DNA of 64,000 bases, from NCBI GenBank assembly GCA_020184695.1, contig JAANOX010000258.1:372001-436000 (forward strand), read 5' to 3'. The notes under the pieces were generated by a model that had not been told where the DNA came from, made no database searches, and was given only the letters and a program-made list of their open reading frames with translations. This DNA comes from Histomonas meleagridis 2922-C6/04-290x. Lineage: Eukaryota > Protista > Parabasalia. A program made the position numbers and the translations under genes. Positions within the stretch are counted from its first letter, which is position 1, and every line of letters starts with the position of its first letter. Shown here piece after piece: positions 30,421 through 41,300 of this stretch.

Positions 30421-30990
30421 ATGACATTTACTCTCTATGTTAAGCCTGTCTCACACATAAGTCAATTCTTTATCCGCGACTTATTCTCTCAATATGGAGA
30501 GGTTGTTGACATTCACATTCCTCGTGACCATAAAACAAAGAAGAGATTAAATTTTGCATATATCAAATACAATGATATACACGCAGCTGAACGAGCTGTA
30601 AAAGACTTAGATGAGAAGGTAATAAATAACCGCAAGATGGAAGTCCAGTGGGCAACCGAAAAAGAAAAGACACCAGAAGAAATGATTGAAAAAAGAAAAA
30701 GATATGAAGCAGAACGTGAAGAGAGATTAGCCTCACTTCCACCAATGACTGATGAAGTTAGAAGAAAGCTACTAAAGCGAAAAAAGGCAGAAGGTCCAAT
30801 ATATAATCGATATTTCACGGCCGTTGATTACCCACCTGGCATTGGTGAGGAATTCACTCCTATATATCAAAGAGGACTTCCTCCAGTTGGTCAGAGGCGT
30901 CAATTTTTCTCATGGGTTTATGTTCCTCCTGATCAAGTTTTGGAAATCCTTAAGAATCATAAAAAGAGGCTTGAGGAGGTCGCAAAGTAA
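30421..30990 (+). CDS. RRM-domain RNA-binding protein (SR/SC35-like N-terminal RRM)
   Basis: TLYVKPV, LFSQYGEVVDIHIPRD.KTKKRLNFAYIKY and LDEKVINNRKMEVQWA. Confidence 0.85.
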   Translation: MTFTLYVKPVSHISQFFIRDLFSQYGEVVDIHIPRDHKTKKRLNFAYIKYNDIHAAERAVKDLDEKVINNRKMEVQWATEKEKTPEEMIEKRKRYEAEREERLASLPPMTDEVRRKLLKRKKAEGPIYNRYFTAVDYPPGIGEEFTPIYQRGLPPVGQRRQFFSWVYVPPDQVLEILKNHKKRLEEVAK

Positions 30991-31085
30991 AGTAAATAAT
31001 ATCTGGATAAATGAATGCAAGTAAAATAAAACAACCCACATTAAAAACAAACGTTTATTTTATCAGTCACTTTTTATGACCACAA

Positions 31086-31367
31086 ATGAGCCAAGAAATT
31101 CTCACTTCTGAAGATGAAATTCCAGTTCTAAGACCAATAAAAACAACACCATACCTTACAAAATATGAAAAAGCTAGGGTGATTGGCTCAAGAGCTATTC
31201 AGATTTCAATGGGTGCCCCAATACATGTTGATGCAGAAGGTGAAAGCGATCCACTTGTAATCGCCGAAAAAGAGCTTGTTATGTCTAGATGTCCGCTTAT
31301 TATTCGGAGATATCTACCAAATAATCGCTACGAAGATGTTGATGTTCGAACTTTAATTATTTCATAA
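31086..31367 (+). CDS. RPB6: Shared RNA polymerase subunit RPB6 (RPABC2)
   Basis: [26 protein letters not shown]...[10 protein letters not shown]...PLIIRRYLP is the RPB6 signature. Confidence 0.96.
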   Translation: MSQEILTSEDEIPVLRPIKTTPYLTKYEKARVIGSRAIQISMGAPIHVDAEGESDPLVIAEKELVMSRCPLIIRRYLPNNRYEDVDVRTLIIS

Positions 31368-31725
31368 ATAGAATACGTTTTAAAAGAGTTTTCATTGTAT
31401 TTGGTTGGCAAATTAAATGTATATCGTATAAAATTAAAATACAAAAAAATATGATTAAGAATTATAGTATAATTATTTCACAAGAAATGGTTAGTTTCTT
31501 TTCTTGTATGCTTTTGTTGAAATAAGATATTAGTTCTCCTATCGATATTTTTTTCCATGAATTAATTACATATTAACAAATGTAATGATTTGGATCAAAA
31601 AAAAATTAAAATAAAAATAAAATACATCTGTCAAATGTCATTTCTGTGATTTATGGTGTTGCAAATTTCTCCTTATAAAAAGCAAATCTTCTTTCAGAAG
31701 TGGCTAATCCATAGAAACCGTTAAA

Positions 31726-32151
31726 ATGCTTCGAATCAGAGAACCCACAGGACACATTCACTATATTCAAACATATGAGGGTGAAACAATTGCGGACATT
31801 CGAGAATTTTTATGTGAACACTATAACTTCCCAAAAGACCAAATACGAATATCACACAACAATCAAATCTTAAGCAATGATTATGTTTTTAAATTTGAAA
31901 ATAAAGAAAGCATATTTGAATTATTCTGCTGGTATCCATCATCTGCAGCAGTGTTTGAAAAAAAATCATCAGAGAAAAAAGAAATCAATTTGTGGAAATT
32001 TGATAAATCTTCTTCCAAAGATGAACGAGAACCATGCCCCAGAAGAATTCAAAAGAAGTCTCAAAATGTTTCTACGATTAAATACAAAAAAGTTAATGTT
32101 CATCATGTGTCTGTCCAAAAATCGTCTTCAAATTCAAAACAAAAAACTTAA
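31726..32151 (+). CDS. Protein with N-terminal ubiquitin-like domain
   Basis: ETIADIREFL...FPKDQIRISHNNQILSNDY resembles the ubiquitin fold. M3-like AACCGTTA at 31716-31723. Confidence 0.5.
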   Translation: MLRIREPTGHIHYIQTYEGETIADIREFLCEHYNFPKDQIRISHNNQILSNDYVFKFENKESIFELFCWYPSSAAVFEKKSSEKKEINLWKFDKSSSKDEREPCPRRIQKKSQNVSTIKYKKVNVHHVSVQKSSSNSKQKT

Positions 32152-32510
32152 TTGTTTTCAAATGATACGTTTACAACCAAAGCTATATTCCTAATACAAT
32201 TTTGCAAAATTTCATAAAAATAATTTAAACATTTGGTAATGATCCAAATTGTTAAATTAAAATTGACACACATGCTCCTATTTGCAAATAGATTTTAAAT
32301 TTTTGCTTTGATGTTTTCTCGAAGTAAATTCAACATTGGGATACCTATAGTAAATTGATTCGTAAATGATCGTTTCATTCAAAAATTGACTGAAAAATCA
32401 CTTCACATCTCCATGAACTTCATAAATAATTGTTATTAATCTGGAAAAAACTTCCACAATAATTTTCATGCAATATGTTAAATAAAATAATATTTTGTAA
32501 CATAAATTCT

Positions 32511-34340
32511 TTATTCAGTTTCAAAAAATTCGAATTTCTTTTTTGTGCTTTCTCTTTCTTTTACTTCCTCATTTACTTCTATTTTTGCGTTTTCATAAAT
32601 CCAGTATGCAACCATTCCGATTTTTCTTGGATCAATCTTTTCGATTTCTGATGGGAACACAGACATGACTGCTGTTATATTTACTTCTTTAATTTGCGAT
32701 AACTTTGGGAATAATAATAATAAAGACGCCGCGCCATAGTAAATTAACCAATGTTTCGGGTCAGGTGCGCAATTAAATTGCGTCCATATTCCCCATATAT
32801 CGGGGAACGTTCTTTTATATAATAAAATAAAATCAGAATATATCCAAATTAAATTTTCCAAAACATATTTTTTCAGCCATAGGGCAACGATAGGTGACAC
32901 TTTTGAAATAACATCAATGACAATTTTTGCCATTTCAGAACATTTGGCGGTTACATTCTCGAGGATCTCTTGGTGACCAATGTTTTCAACCATGGAAACA
33001 AAACACCAAAAGATACTAGACATTGTAGACTTGTCAACTTCAATCCTTTCACCATTAGCATCAACTGGAAATCCTTTCTCATTCCAATTTGGATAATGAG
33101 TTAACACAATAGGAACAAACAAGTCATTCATGCCTTGAAGATAGCTAATATCCATACGGTATAAGCAGTATAGTTGAAGTACTTTTTTGAGGATTTGTAA
33201 ACCAATACTATCAGACTCTGCAAAAGCTGGAAGTACACGATCAGTACGATTTACATCGTTTACAATGACCTTAAATGACACTACCAACTTTTTGTTGTGT
33301 GAGAGTTGTAAATCACTAATGCATTCTAATTGAGATTCAAGTCTGTCATATATGGCTTGATGAGTTTGATCAATAGATTTCCTCTCAGCTGTAGTGCTAT
33401 CAAGAGGATATACATTGAAAATAAATGGAAGGAGTTGCAAGAGAACATCGGAATCACATCCAGCAAAGAATAAACGTTTTCTGAATAATTCGGAATTTTG
33501 AATTTTACCGTCTGCATCAAAGAGAGATGGTAAATCGGAGCTTGTAACTGGGGTGTAGTGAGGAAGGCCTTCAATAAAAGTATCTATTTTTTGGAGCACA
33601 AGATAATGAATTGATTGGGAAGCAATTCCAAAGGGGAAATTTATATCAGATGGAATTAAATCATCATCGTTCATTTCTTTGATGAGGTTATAAGAATAGT
33701 TGGTGATTGAATTCCAATAATCTGCTAAACTTGTTATTTTGGAATCAATGGTATACTCTAGAAATGGAACTGATGATATTGAATTCCCATGATAGTTTTG
33801 GTAGAATGTAAATTCATAATTTGTGGTATCATCATGGTGTAAAACTGCAATTCCATTTGATAATAATTGTTGGATTAAAGATGATATTGCAAAGCCATTA
33901 GAGTCTTTTGGAAGGAAAAACTGACGAACAAAAACATATGAATCATTTTCAATGGATAATATTAAATCATTATCTTTTTCTTTCAAAGAAAATATCCTTA
34001 TTTTTGCACAATCAAATTTAAAAGGTAATCCTTCATCCCATTTCTCTTCTCTTTCTATTTTAGTTTGATCAAAATGCTTTGCTGGGTTTTCCTCAATTGG
34101 ATACCAGCCAATAAAAAAAGATTCACCTTCTTTGGTAAGGAATAATGTTCCATCAACCATTACTTTCTCTTCGCTTTTTTGTTCTAAAACGTGTTCTATC
34201 ATTTGGAGTGTTTCATTTTTTTTCATTGTCAAAATGTATTTTTGAAGACGTTTGCTATCTAAATAAAAGTGACAAATTGAAGAAACGTTCCAACACTTTG
34301 TTTCAAGTTGGTTAGACCATTCCTTGTTCTGAACGTTCAC
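32511..34340 (-). CDS. TBC-domain Rab GTPase-activating protein (Gyp7/TBC1D15-like)
   Basis: IVNDVNRTDR (R finger) and YLQGMNDLF (Q finger). First ATG at 34226; the frame is open to GTG at 34340. Confidence 0.9.
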   Translation of the reverse strand: MNVQNKEWSNQLETKCWNVSSICHFYLDSKRLQKYILTMKKNETLQMIEHVLEQKSEEKVMVDGTLFLTKEGESFFIGWYPIEENPAKHFDQTKIEREEKWDEGLPFKFDCAKIRIFSLKEKDNDLILSIENDSYVFVRQFFLPKDSNGFAISSLIQQLLSNGIAVLHHDDTTNYEFTFYQNYHGNSISSVPFLEYTIDSKITSLADYWNSITNYSYNLIKEMNDDDLIPSDINFPFGIASQSIHYLVLQKIDTFIEGLPHYTPVTSSDLPSLFDADGKIQNSELFRKRLFFAGCDSDVLLQLLPFIFNVYPLDSTTAERKSIDQTHQAIYDRLESQLECISDLQLSHNKKLVVSFKVIVNDVNRTDRVLPAFAESDSIGLQILKKVLQLYCLYRMDISYLQGMNDLFVPIVLTHYPNWNEKGFPVDANGERIEVDKSTMSSIFWCFVSMVENIGHQEILENVTAKCSEMAKIVIDVISKVSPIVALWLKKYVLENLIWIYSDFILLYKRTFPDIWGIWTQFNCAPDPKHWLIYYGAASLLLLFPKLSQIKEVNITAVMSVFPSEIEKIDPRKIGMVAYWIYENAKIEVNEEVKERESTKKKFEFFETE

Positions 34341-34514
34341 CTTTTAAAGTATTTTTGTTTTATAATTTCTTTTAGAGTAAAAAAGTTATATATAAAATCA
34401 ATTAAATATATTTAGGATCATATTAAATAGATTAACTATAAGTGTAACAAAAAATTAAAGAATTCATTATGTTTTTTGTTTTCGTAGTAATAGTGATAAT
34501 TTGGTCAATTTTTA

Positions 34515-35156
34515 TTAAATTACTTTGCAATTCTTCAGTTGTTTCAATATCCATTGAGTTGTCTGAGCTCCTGAGTAATGGAAAAGAACCTTTCCGTTCT
34601 GACTGAATGTTATATCTGGAACTCCGTGTACATTTGGAAATTCAAAGCATAGTCTTGGGATATCTTGTCGAGTAAATTCTTTTTGGTTAGCAACTTCATC
34701 ACCATTTAGACCGCATTTGGATGCTACTTGACCAATTACTTCGCGTTTTGAAATATTGAGATTTTGTTCATAATTTGCACGAAGGAGAGCAATGTGAAAT
34801 TCATGTTGTTTTTCAGGGTAATGCTTTCCAACATATTCAGAACAACAATGGGCTTCAAACGTATCAATGGCAATGTCATTCCAAAGAAGTGGCATGTTAT
34901 CAGCACTTGCGGATTGTTCTACATCATTAAGCCAATAAGGATGTGGTGCACCCCAACGCTTATCCATGTAGGTTCCAAAATCCATACCACCTTGTGGAAT
35001 ACGATCTTCTATTAGGAACGTATGCCATGTAACTTTTGCTTGAACACCGGATTCCTTTAAAGCTTGAATTGCACGATCAAGTCGTATTCCTCCAACATAA
35101 CACCAAGGGCATAAAAAATCAGAGACAACACAAACATCAACTGTTTTTAGTGACAT
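34515..35156 (-). CDS. DsbA/FrnE-like thioredoxin-fold oxidoreductase, bacterial type
   Basis: VVSDFLCPWCYVG active-site motif and GVP cis-Pro loop. Start at 35156 or 35192. Confidence 0.85.
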   Translation of the reverse strand: MSLKTVDVCVVSDFLCPWCYVGGIRLDRAIQALKESGVQAKVTWHTFLIEDRIPQGGMDFGTYMDKRWGAPHPYWLNDVEQSASADNMPLLWNDIAIDTFEAHCCSEYVGKHYPEKQHEFHIALLRANYEQNLNISKREVIGQVASKCGLNGDEVANQKEFTRQDIPRLCFEFPNVHGVPDITFSQNGKVLFHYSGAQTTQWILKQLKNCKVI

Positions 35157-35835
35157 GGAAAATTTGAACGTTAAATTCGCATTTGAACGCATAAACAGCC
35201 GGCCAAATAATATCTCAATATTTTATATTTGCATCCACTTTCAAGCGATCGAAATTACCAAGGAAGATAAGTTTATTTATACTTTTCATAAGTGCCAAAG
35301 TCAGTACGGTTATAAGATTATCAAAATGATATTATAAATGAAATAATAATTTTATGAAAATGAAATCATACAAAGTAATCGTTTTTCCAAATGAGCGAAT
35401 GTTATCCCAACGAGCAATATGTTGGTGATATCATTTTCTTTGTAAAATAGAGCAATTACTTCTTTTTTGTTATATCTTGACTTTTTCCAAAATTCATTGT
35501 GTCAGCAAAGTGTTAAATTTAGTCTCTTTATCAAGTAGACACGCTCGTTTTTGAATATAAAAATTTTTAGATTCCAAAATTAGTTCCAAAATTACATAAT
35601 TTTAAAATTTCTTATTATTCGAATACAATTAAGCGACCAATGCGGCGCCGCTATATTTTGCTTATGCCGTTGTTTTTCCTTTTGGATAGCAAGAAAAAAG
35701 GGAACTTCCTCGCGTTGGCTTGAGGAAACTTTCGTCCACACAATTCATTTAGTTTTTCAGTGCAATAACCGTTTACCCATCAAAGATATTGAATCAAATT
35801 TACGATGGACGATCTGTCTAAATTTTTATGTAAAA

Positions 35836-35848
35836 TCATTTCACTTTT
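35836..35848 (+). promoter_or_regulatory. Inr element
   Basis: TCATTTCACTTTT ends 10 nt upstream of the ATG at 35858. Confidence 0.6.
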
Positions 35849-35857
35849 CGAAAACAT

Positions 35858-36346
35858 ATGTATTTGAAGGCTTACGAATCATTCACAATAAAAGGAGAGC
35901 GTACTAGTCAACTCCCACATGCATTCTCAAGTTTCTTAAATTTTTTAGATGTTAATCAACCTTTGTTCATTATGTACCATAAATCGATAACAGTCTTCAA
36001 ACCACATATGATACTCATACAACGAGTTTGTAGTGGATGTTATGACATCGGCAGTGAAGAATATGATGTCTGTTATAGGTTATTTATGAAAGGGAATTAT
36101 GGATGCTTTCAAGAAATTAGGAAATGTAAAACTTCCTTATTCTATAAAGGAGCATCAACATTAGCTATATCATTCCCACCTAAAGCTAAATCATTTATGT
36201 CTATTGTTCCTCACATTTGGGAAGATAAAGATCCAGAAATTATGTTTAATGATCCTTTTGATGACATTGATTATGAATTAATGTTTTCTAAAACACAAGA
36301 AGTTATTGTAGGCTCATATAGGTGCAGGAATTCACTCGTATTTTGA
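35858..36346 (+). CDS. Hypothetical protein (162 aa)
   Basis: ATG-to-stop ORF with an upstream Inr and normal composition. No family recognised. Confidence 0.55.
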   Translation: MYLKAYESFTIKGERTSQLPHAFSSFLNFLDVNQPLFIMYHKSITVFKPHMILIQRVCSGCYDIGSEEYDVCYRLFMKGNYGCFQEIRKCKTSLFYKGASTLAISFPPKAKSFMSIVPHIWEDKDPEIMFNDPFDDIDYELMFSKTQEVIVGSYRCRNSLVF

Positions 36347-37091
36347 TGTTAATTTTTAGAGATAAATTAGAAGTTTTCATAGAAAAGAAATAAACAATTA
36401 ACTTTCAATGTTTTGCCCTTTTTGAATTTTATCCTTTCTTAAAAAAAAATTTATGTGTTTATTCGAACATTTTTCGTGGATAAAGAATTTAGCAGATAAA
36501 AGAAATCGTTCGGAGTTTGAGTTAATAATTTTACACCTCTCTCTCAAATGAATTTTGTTATCATAAATATAAGATGAAACACTTATATTATTGAATATAA
36601 GAATTTATCTATATTTTGGTTTAAGCGTTTATAATTTTATTCATTAAGTTAGAATTATCTTCATAAATAAACTTGGCAAATGTTAAATGGTTTCGTTATT
36701 TTTTATATAAAGCTCTAGTCGTAAATTCCATAAATCTGCATGAAAAGTAATATGAACTTAAATTAAGCAATGACTAGAAAAAGTTTTCTTCAATTTTTTC
36801 GAAAAATTAAAATAAATTAATGATAAGAGGAAATATTTGCATTTTGTTGTTGTGTCTGAATACTTTTTTCATTCAAATTTCAATAGCCGAACGAATTCCG
36901 TTTAAAAAAAATAAAAAGATAAATATTTCACCATATAAAAAGATTACTAATTATTTTTGATAAATTTAAACCACACAAAAATATGGTTATATAATAACAA
37001 AATATAATACTAAAATTATTTAAATACAATACAATAAACATGTTTTAAGAACACAAAATTTTGAAACAACAAAACTGTTAAAACGGTTCAA

Positions 37092-38066
37092 ATGTTGTAT
37101 TGCTTCTTCGTAATTGCGCAATCTCTCTTCTATCAACCACATGAAGAGAAGCATTTTGTCAAATGGATGCGTGAAAACAACAAAATGTACACCGGTGATG
37201 ATTATAACTTTAGATTTAGTGTATTCCTTACAAATGTTCGTTATATCGAAGAATTCAATGCTAAAAACGATGCTACATTCAAGCTTGGCGTTAACAAGTT
37301 TGCAGCATATACACGCAAAGAGTATCAAGCACTTCTTGGTGTTAAGCCCAGAAATTATGAACAACATTCTCGTGAAGAAACCTTCTACCAACCAAAATTG
37401 AAGTCAATCCCAGCATCGGTTGACTGGCGTGAGAAGGGCATTGTTCAAGAAATCCGTGATCAAGGAATGTGCGGCAGCTGCTGGGCCTTTTCAGCCGTTG
37501 CTGCTCAAGAAAGCCAATGGGCACTTGTCAAAGGAGAAGTCCTTCATTTATCCGAACAAAATCTTGTTGATTGCATGTGGAATTGCGAAAATTGTGAAGG
37601 TGGATGGCCAGATGCAGCTACAAACCAAGTCATCAGTGACCAAGGCGGAAAGTGGATGCTTGATTCTGATTATCCATACAAGGGCAAATATAGCTCAGAA
37701 TGTTATTACGATGAATCAAAAGCCGTTTCGCAAACAACACGACTTCTTTATGCCGTCATGTGCAATGAGACTGATATGGCCGTCAAGTGCGCTGAATATG
37801 GAGTTCTTTCAGCTTGTATCGAAGCAGGAGATATTGAATTTGAATATTATACTAGTGGTATCTACAAGAACGACAATTGCAGTCCATGGGGCTTAGATCA
37901 TGCTATTGATATCGTTGGTTATGGAACTGAAGAAGGAACTGATTATTGGCTTGTAAGAAACTCATATGGAACAAGTTGGGGTTTGGATGGATACATCAAG
38001 ATGATCCGTAATTATGATGGAAACTGTGGAATTGACATGTCCGTTTACGTACCAATCGTTCAATAA
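37092..38066 (+). CDS. Cathepsin L-like papain-family (C1A) cysteine protease, prepro form
   Basis: Signal peptide, ERFNIN-like prodomain, QGMCGSCWAFS (catalytic C), LDHAIDIVGYG (H) and RNSYG (N). Confidence 0.96.
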   Translation: MLYCFFVIAQSLFYQPHEEKHFVKWMRENNKMYTGDDYNFRFSVFLTNVRYIEEFNAKNDATFKLGVNKFAAYTRKEYQALLGVKPRNYEQHSREETFYQPKLKSIPASVDWREKGIVQEIRDQGMCGSCWAFSAVAAQESQWALVKGEVLHLSEQNLVDCMWNCENCEGGWPDAATNQVISDQGGKWMLDSDYPYKGKYSSECYYDESKAVSQTTRLLYAVMCNETDMAVKCAEYGVLSACIEAGDIEFEYYTSGIYKNDNCSPWGLDHAIDIVGYGTEEGTDYWLVRNSYGTSWGLDGYIKMIRNYDGNCGIDMSVYVPIVQ

Positions 38067-38327
38067 AAGCATTTGAAACAATAAATTTAAAAAAAAGATT
38101 CTACTTTAGCCTAATTTTTGTGACAAGGTAATTTCAAGAATTGGTTTGTATTTCAATATGGAAAAATTTGTATTTCAATAAATTTTTCAAAAATTCATTT
38201 GTTTTAAAAGTGTTACAAATTTTTATAAGTGGAGCAAATACTTTAGTTTTGTGTTTTTGATGTTACATATTCAGGAATTCCAGTTTTTTGGGTTGTGAAA
38301 AAATGTTTTGAGTCGACCGTTTAATAA

Positions 38328-41300
38328 ATGTTTTGTCTGGTTTTATTAGCTCTAACAAAATCAACATTTAGACCAGATCACGCAGTTTCTTTAGGGGTTG
38401 TTGCTCCTTGGTATGGCATTCCATACTTTGAACAAGTAATATCATATTTTACTGATGTTTCAGAAGATTTTGCTAAATTACTTATCAAAGAAGTTATTGA
38501 AGCAGGCGCAATTGAAAATGAAACATACATTATGGAGAAAGCTCAATCTTTACTTTCACCAGATGAATTTGCATTATTTAAAGGCAAAATGGACATTGGA
38601 TTTTATTTACCAAGAACAGAACTTTATATAGCAACAGCGAAAGACATGTGTGGAACTTCTTATCCAGATCTTTTTGGAGTTGGGAAAGAATTGTTAAATA
38701 TTCCAATTGTTAATGAAAAGGTAGAATTTTATGATTTTGACCTTATACTTGGAGAACCAGAGACAGCAGTTTACGCTAACTTACACAATGAAACTGTTTC
38801 AAAACTTATTCTTGAAATGATAAATTCAGATATTTCATTTGCCTTACGACCAATAGGAAAAACCAATGAATTTGGAATTCCTCTTCGTGGTTTTGGAATT
38901 GAAATGAGGCCATTCAAGTATTCAATGGAATATGGCGTTAAAGATTCAATTGTTTTAGATGCTGTCAATAATAACAACAACACCGATTTACATGATAAAA
39001 CAGTTTCTAAAGTTAAAGGCATTCCAAATTCTTATGTTAATACATCCGATATCAAAAACTTTGGAAACAGATTTTCTGGCTTTGTCCGTAAACAACTTCA
39101 AGAAGGAAATGATCTTATTGAAACACTTCGTGATGTTACTAATAACTTTCCATTATTTATGGGAGAAATTATAAATTCATCCGACGATAGAAACGGTTAT
39201 ACACCAGTTTCAGAGCTTATTCGGCCGGGTACAACAATTTCTGTTATTAACGGTCGCACGGTACCGTTAGGAACATTAGACATTTTTACACTATTAAATA
39301 TTATCACAGAAGAGAAAAACATACGAAACATATTAGAAGGTAGTTATAAACTTTCATCAGAACAAATTGATCGACTTTTAAACATTAAATTAGGTAACAA
39401 AGGAAACTTTGTCTTACGATTAGATTCCAAATATGTACATTATTACAATGATTTAGAAACAGATCCAACATATTCAAGTTGGAGTAACTCTGTCAAAGAT
39501 TTTATCTTATCAAAGAGTCAAGTTCCAGAAGTCAGAAAGAACTTACTTAATGAAATATTAATTGTTGATCCATCTACTAATCGTGGTTTATCACAAATCT
39601 TTACCTTTACCTTTTTAGTTGAAGATAAATTCCCAGTTCACTTAGGTTTCATACCACATTTCACTTTATCCAATAGGTTATCACGAAAAGTGGCATATGC
39701 ATTTTATTATCTTAGCCAAAAGAGCGACCGTTTAGCCATTCAATTTTTAGTTGACACTGTTAAGTATTGTGGTATTGATGAAAGTACAGGATTATTAAAC
39801 AAAGTCAATGAAAAACATTATGCAACATCATATATCAATATTATCAAAAGAATAAATGAAAAATGTTTAAGTTGGGATGAATTACATGAACTTTATGATG
39901 ATGAAAGTAAAGAAACGAAATTAATTGAAGCGACACAAAATTATTTACTTAAAATTGGAATTGAAACAGAGACATGTTTAATAAATGGCCGAGAATTTTC
40001 ATTATTAAATTATGGAATTCAAGGATTATTATATGAATTACAACGATTATTAACATTTCTTCAACAAATTGTCCGCCAAAATAATATACAAACATTTGAA
40101 GGAATTGATTTTTATGATATAATGTCATATCAATTTGCTATAGTACCAACATTTGATACTAAAATATTATTTGATAAACCTGTAAGTATTGATATCACAC
40201 ATAAAACATTATCACAACAACAAATGTTATTAGAATATTTAAGGAACATTGAATGGAATTATACTGATGAAGGACGAATTGGTTCATTTTATATATTATT
40301 TAGTGAAAACGAAACAGAAATCAATGATTTCATTAAATTTGCTAAAGAAAACCATTCAGTCCCAGCAAACTTTGTTATTAATCCCGAAATCACTGACAAA
40401 ATCAAGAATTTAATCAATTATCATAATAATGAAACATTATTAATCGCAAATGGTCGAATCTTTACATCATTTAATTATGATCAACTTTTATTAATAGAAA
40501 TTTGGATTAAACATTTTATATATGATCGAATCTCAAAGAATTTAAACATTATCAAATATAAACGTAACGAAGTATTAATGTATTTAAGTTTTATCATTTG
40601 TGATTGGCGTAATGATAATGTTAATCGACGATTTGTTAATTCGAAAGTCTTTACAATTGAATCGCCATTAGTATATACCAATAATAATAATAATGAAGGA
40701 ATTCATTGGGATTTAATCCTTGATCCATTTACACGTGATTTCCAACGTGTTTCAGATATAATATATTATGTATCTAAGAATAATATCATTGATGTTCGAT
40801 TAATAGTTATACCACAACAAACTATTCATGAACCAATATTAACATATTATCGGAATTCGATTACTGAGAATAATGTTATCTTTACAATGTTAAATGATAC
40901 GACTACATATTCAGTAATGCCAGATATGCCAGACTCATGGATTTATGAATCAATGAAAGCTAGTGTTGATTTAGATAATATCTTATTAAAAGAATTAACA
41001 TCTACAATTCATGAAGGTAAATATATATTAACAAATATTAAAGCGGATGGTTTATGTGAAGATAATAATGGTGATTATACAGGCGGTGCTGAATTAGCAT
41101 TATATAATAATCATAATGATAAAATTAGTGATACGATTGTAATGATGTCAGGTTATTGGCAACTTTCAGCTAACCCTGGTATCTTTAAGATCGATTTAGG
41201 TGGCTCACGATCTAAAATGATATATGAAATGATCACGAAACAAATTATAGTTTCTTCATTTGCACAAAAGTCAAACAAAATATTCTTAAACATTAACGAA

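Noticed and set aside
35720-35765. Hammerhead-like GACGAAA on minus strand
   Set aside because: No CTGANGA core or compatible stems.
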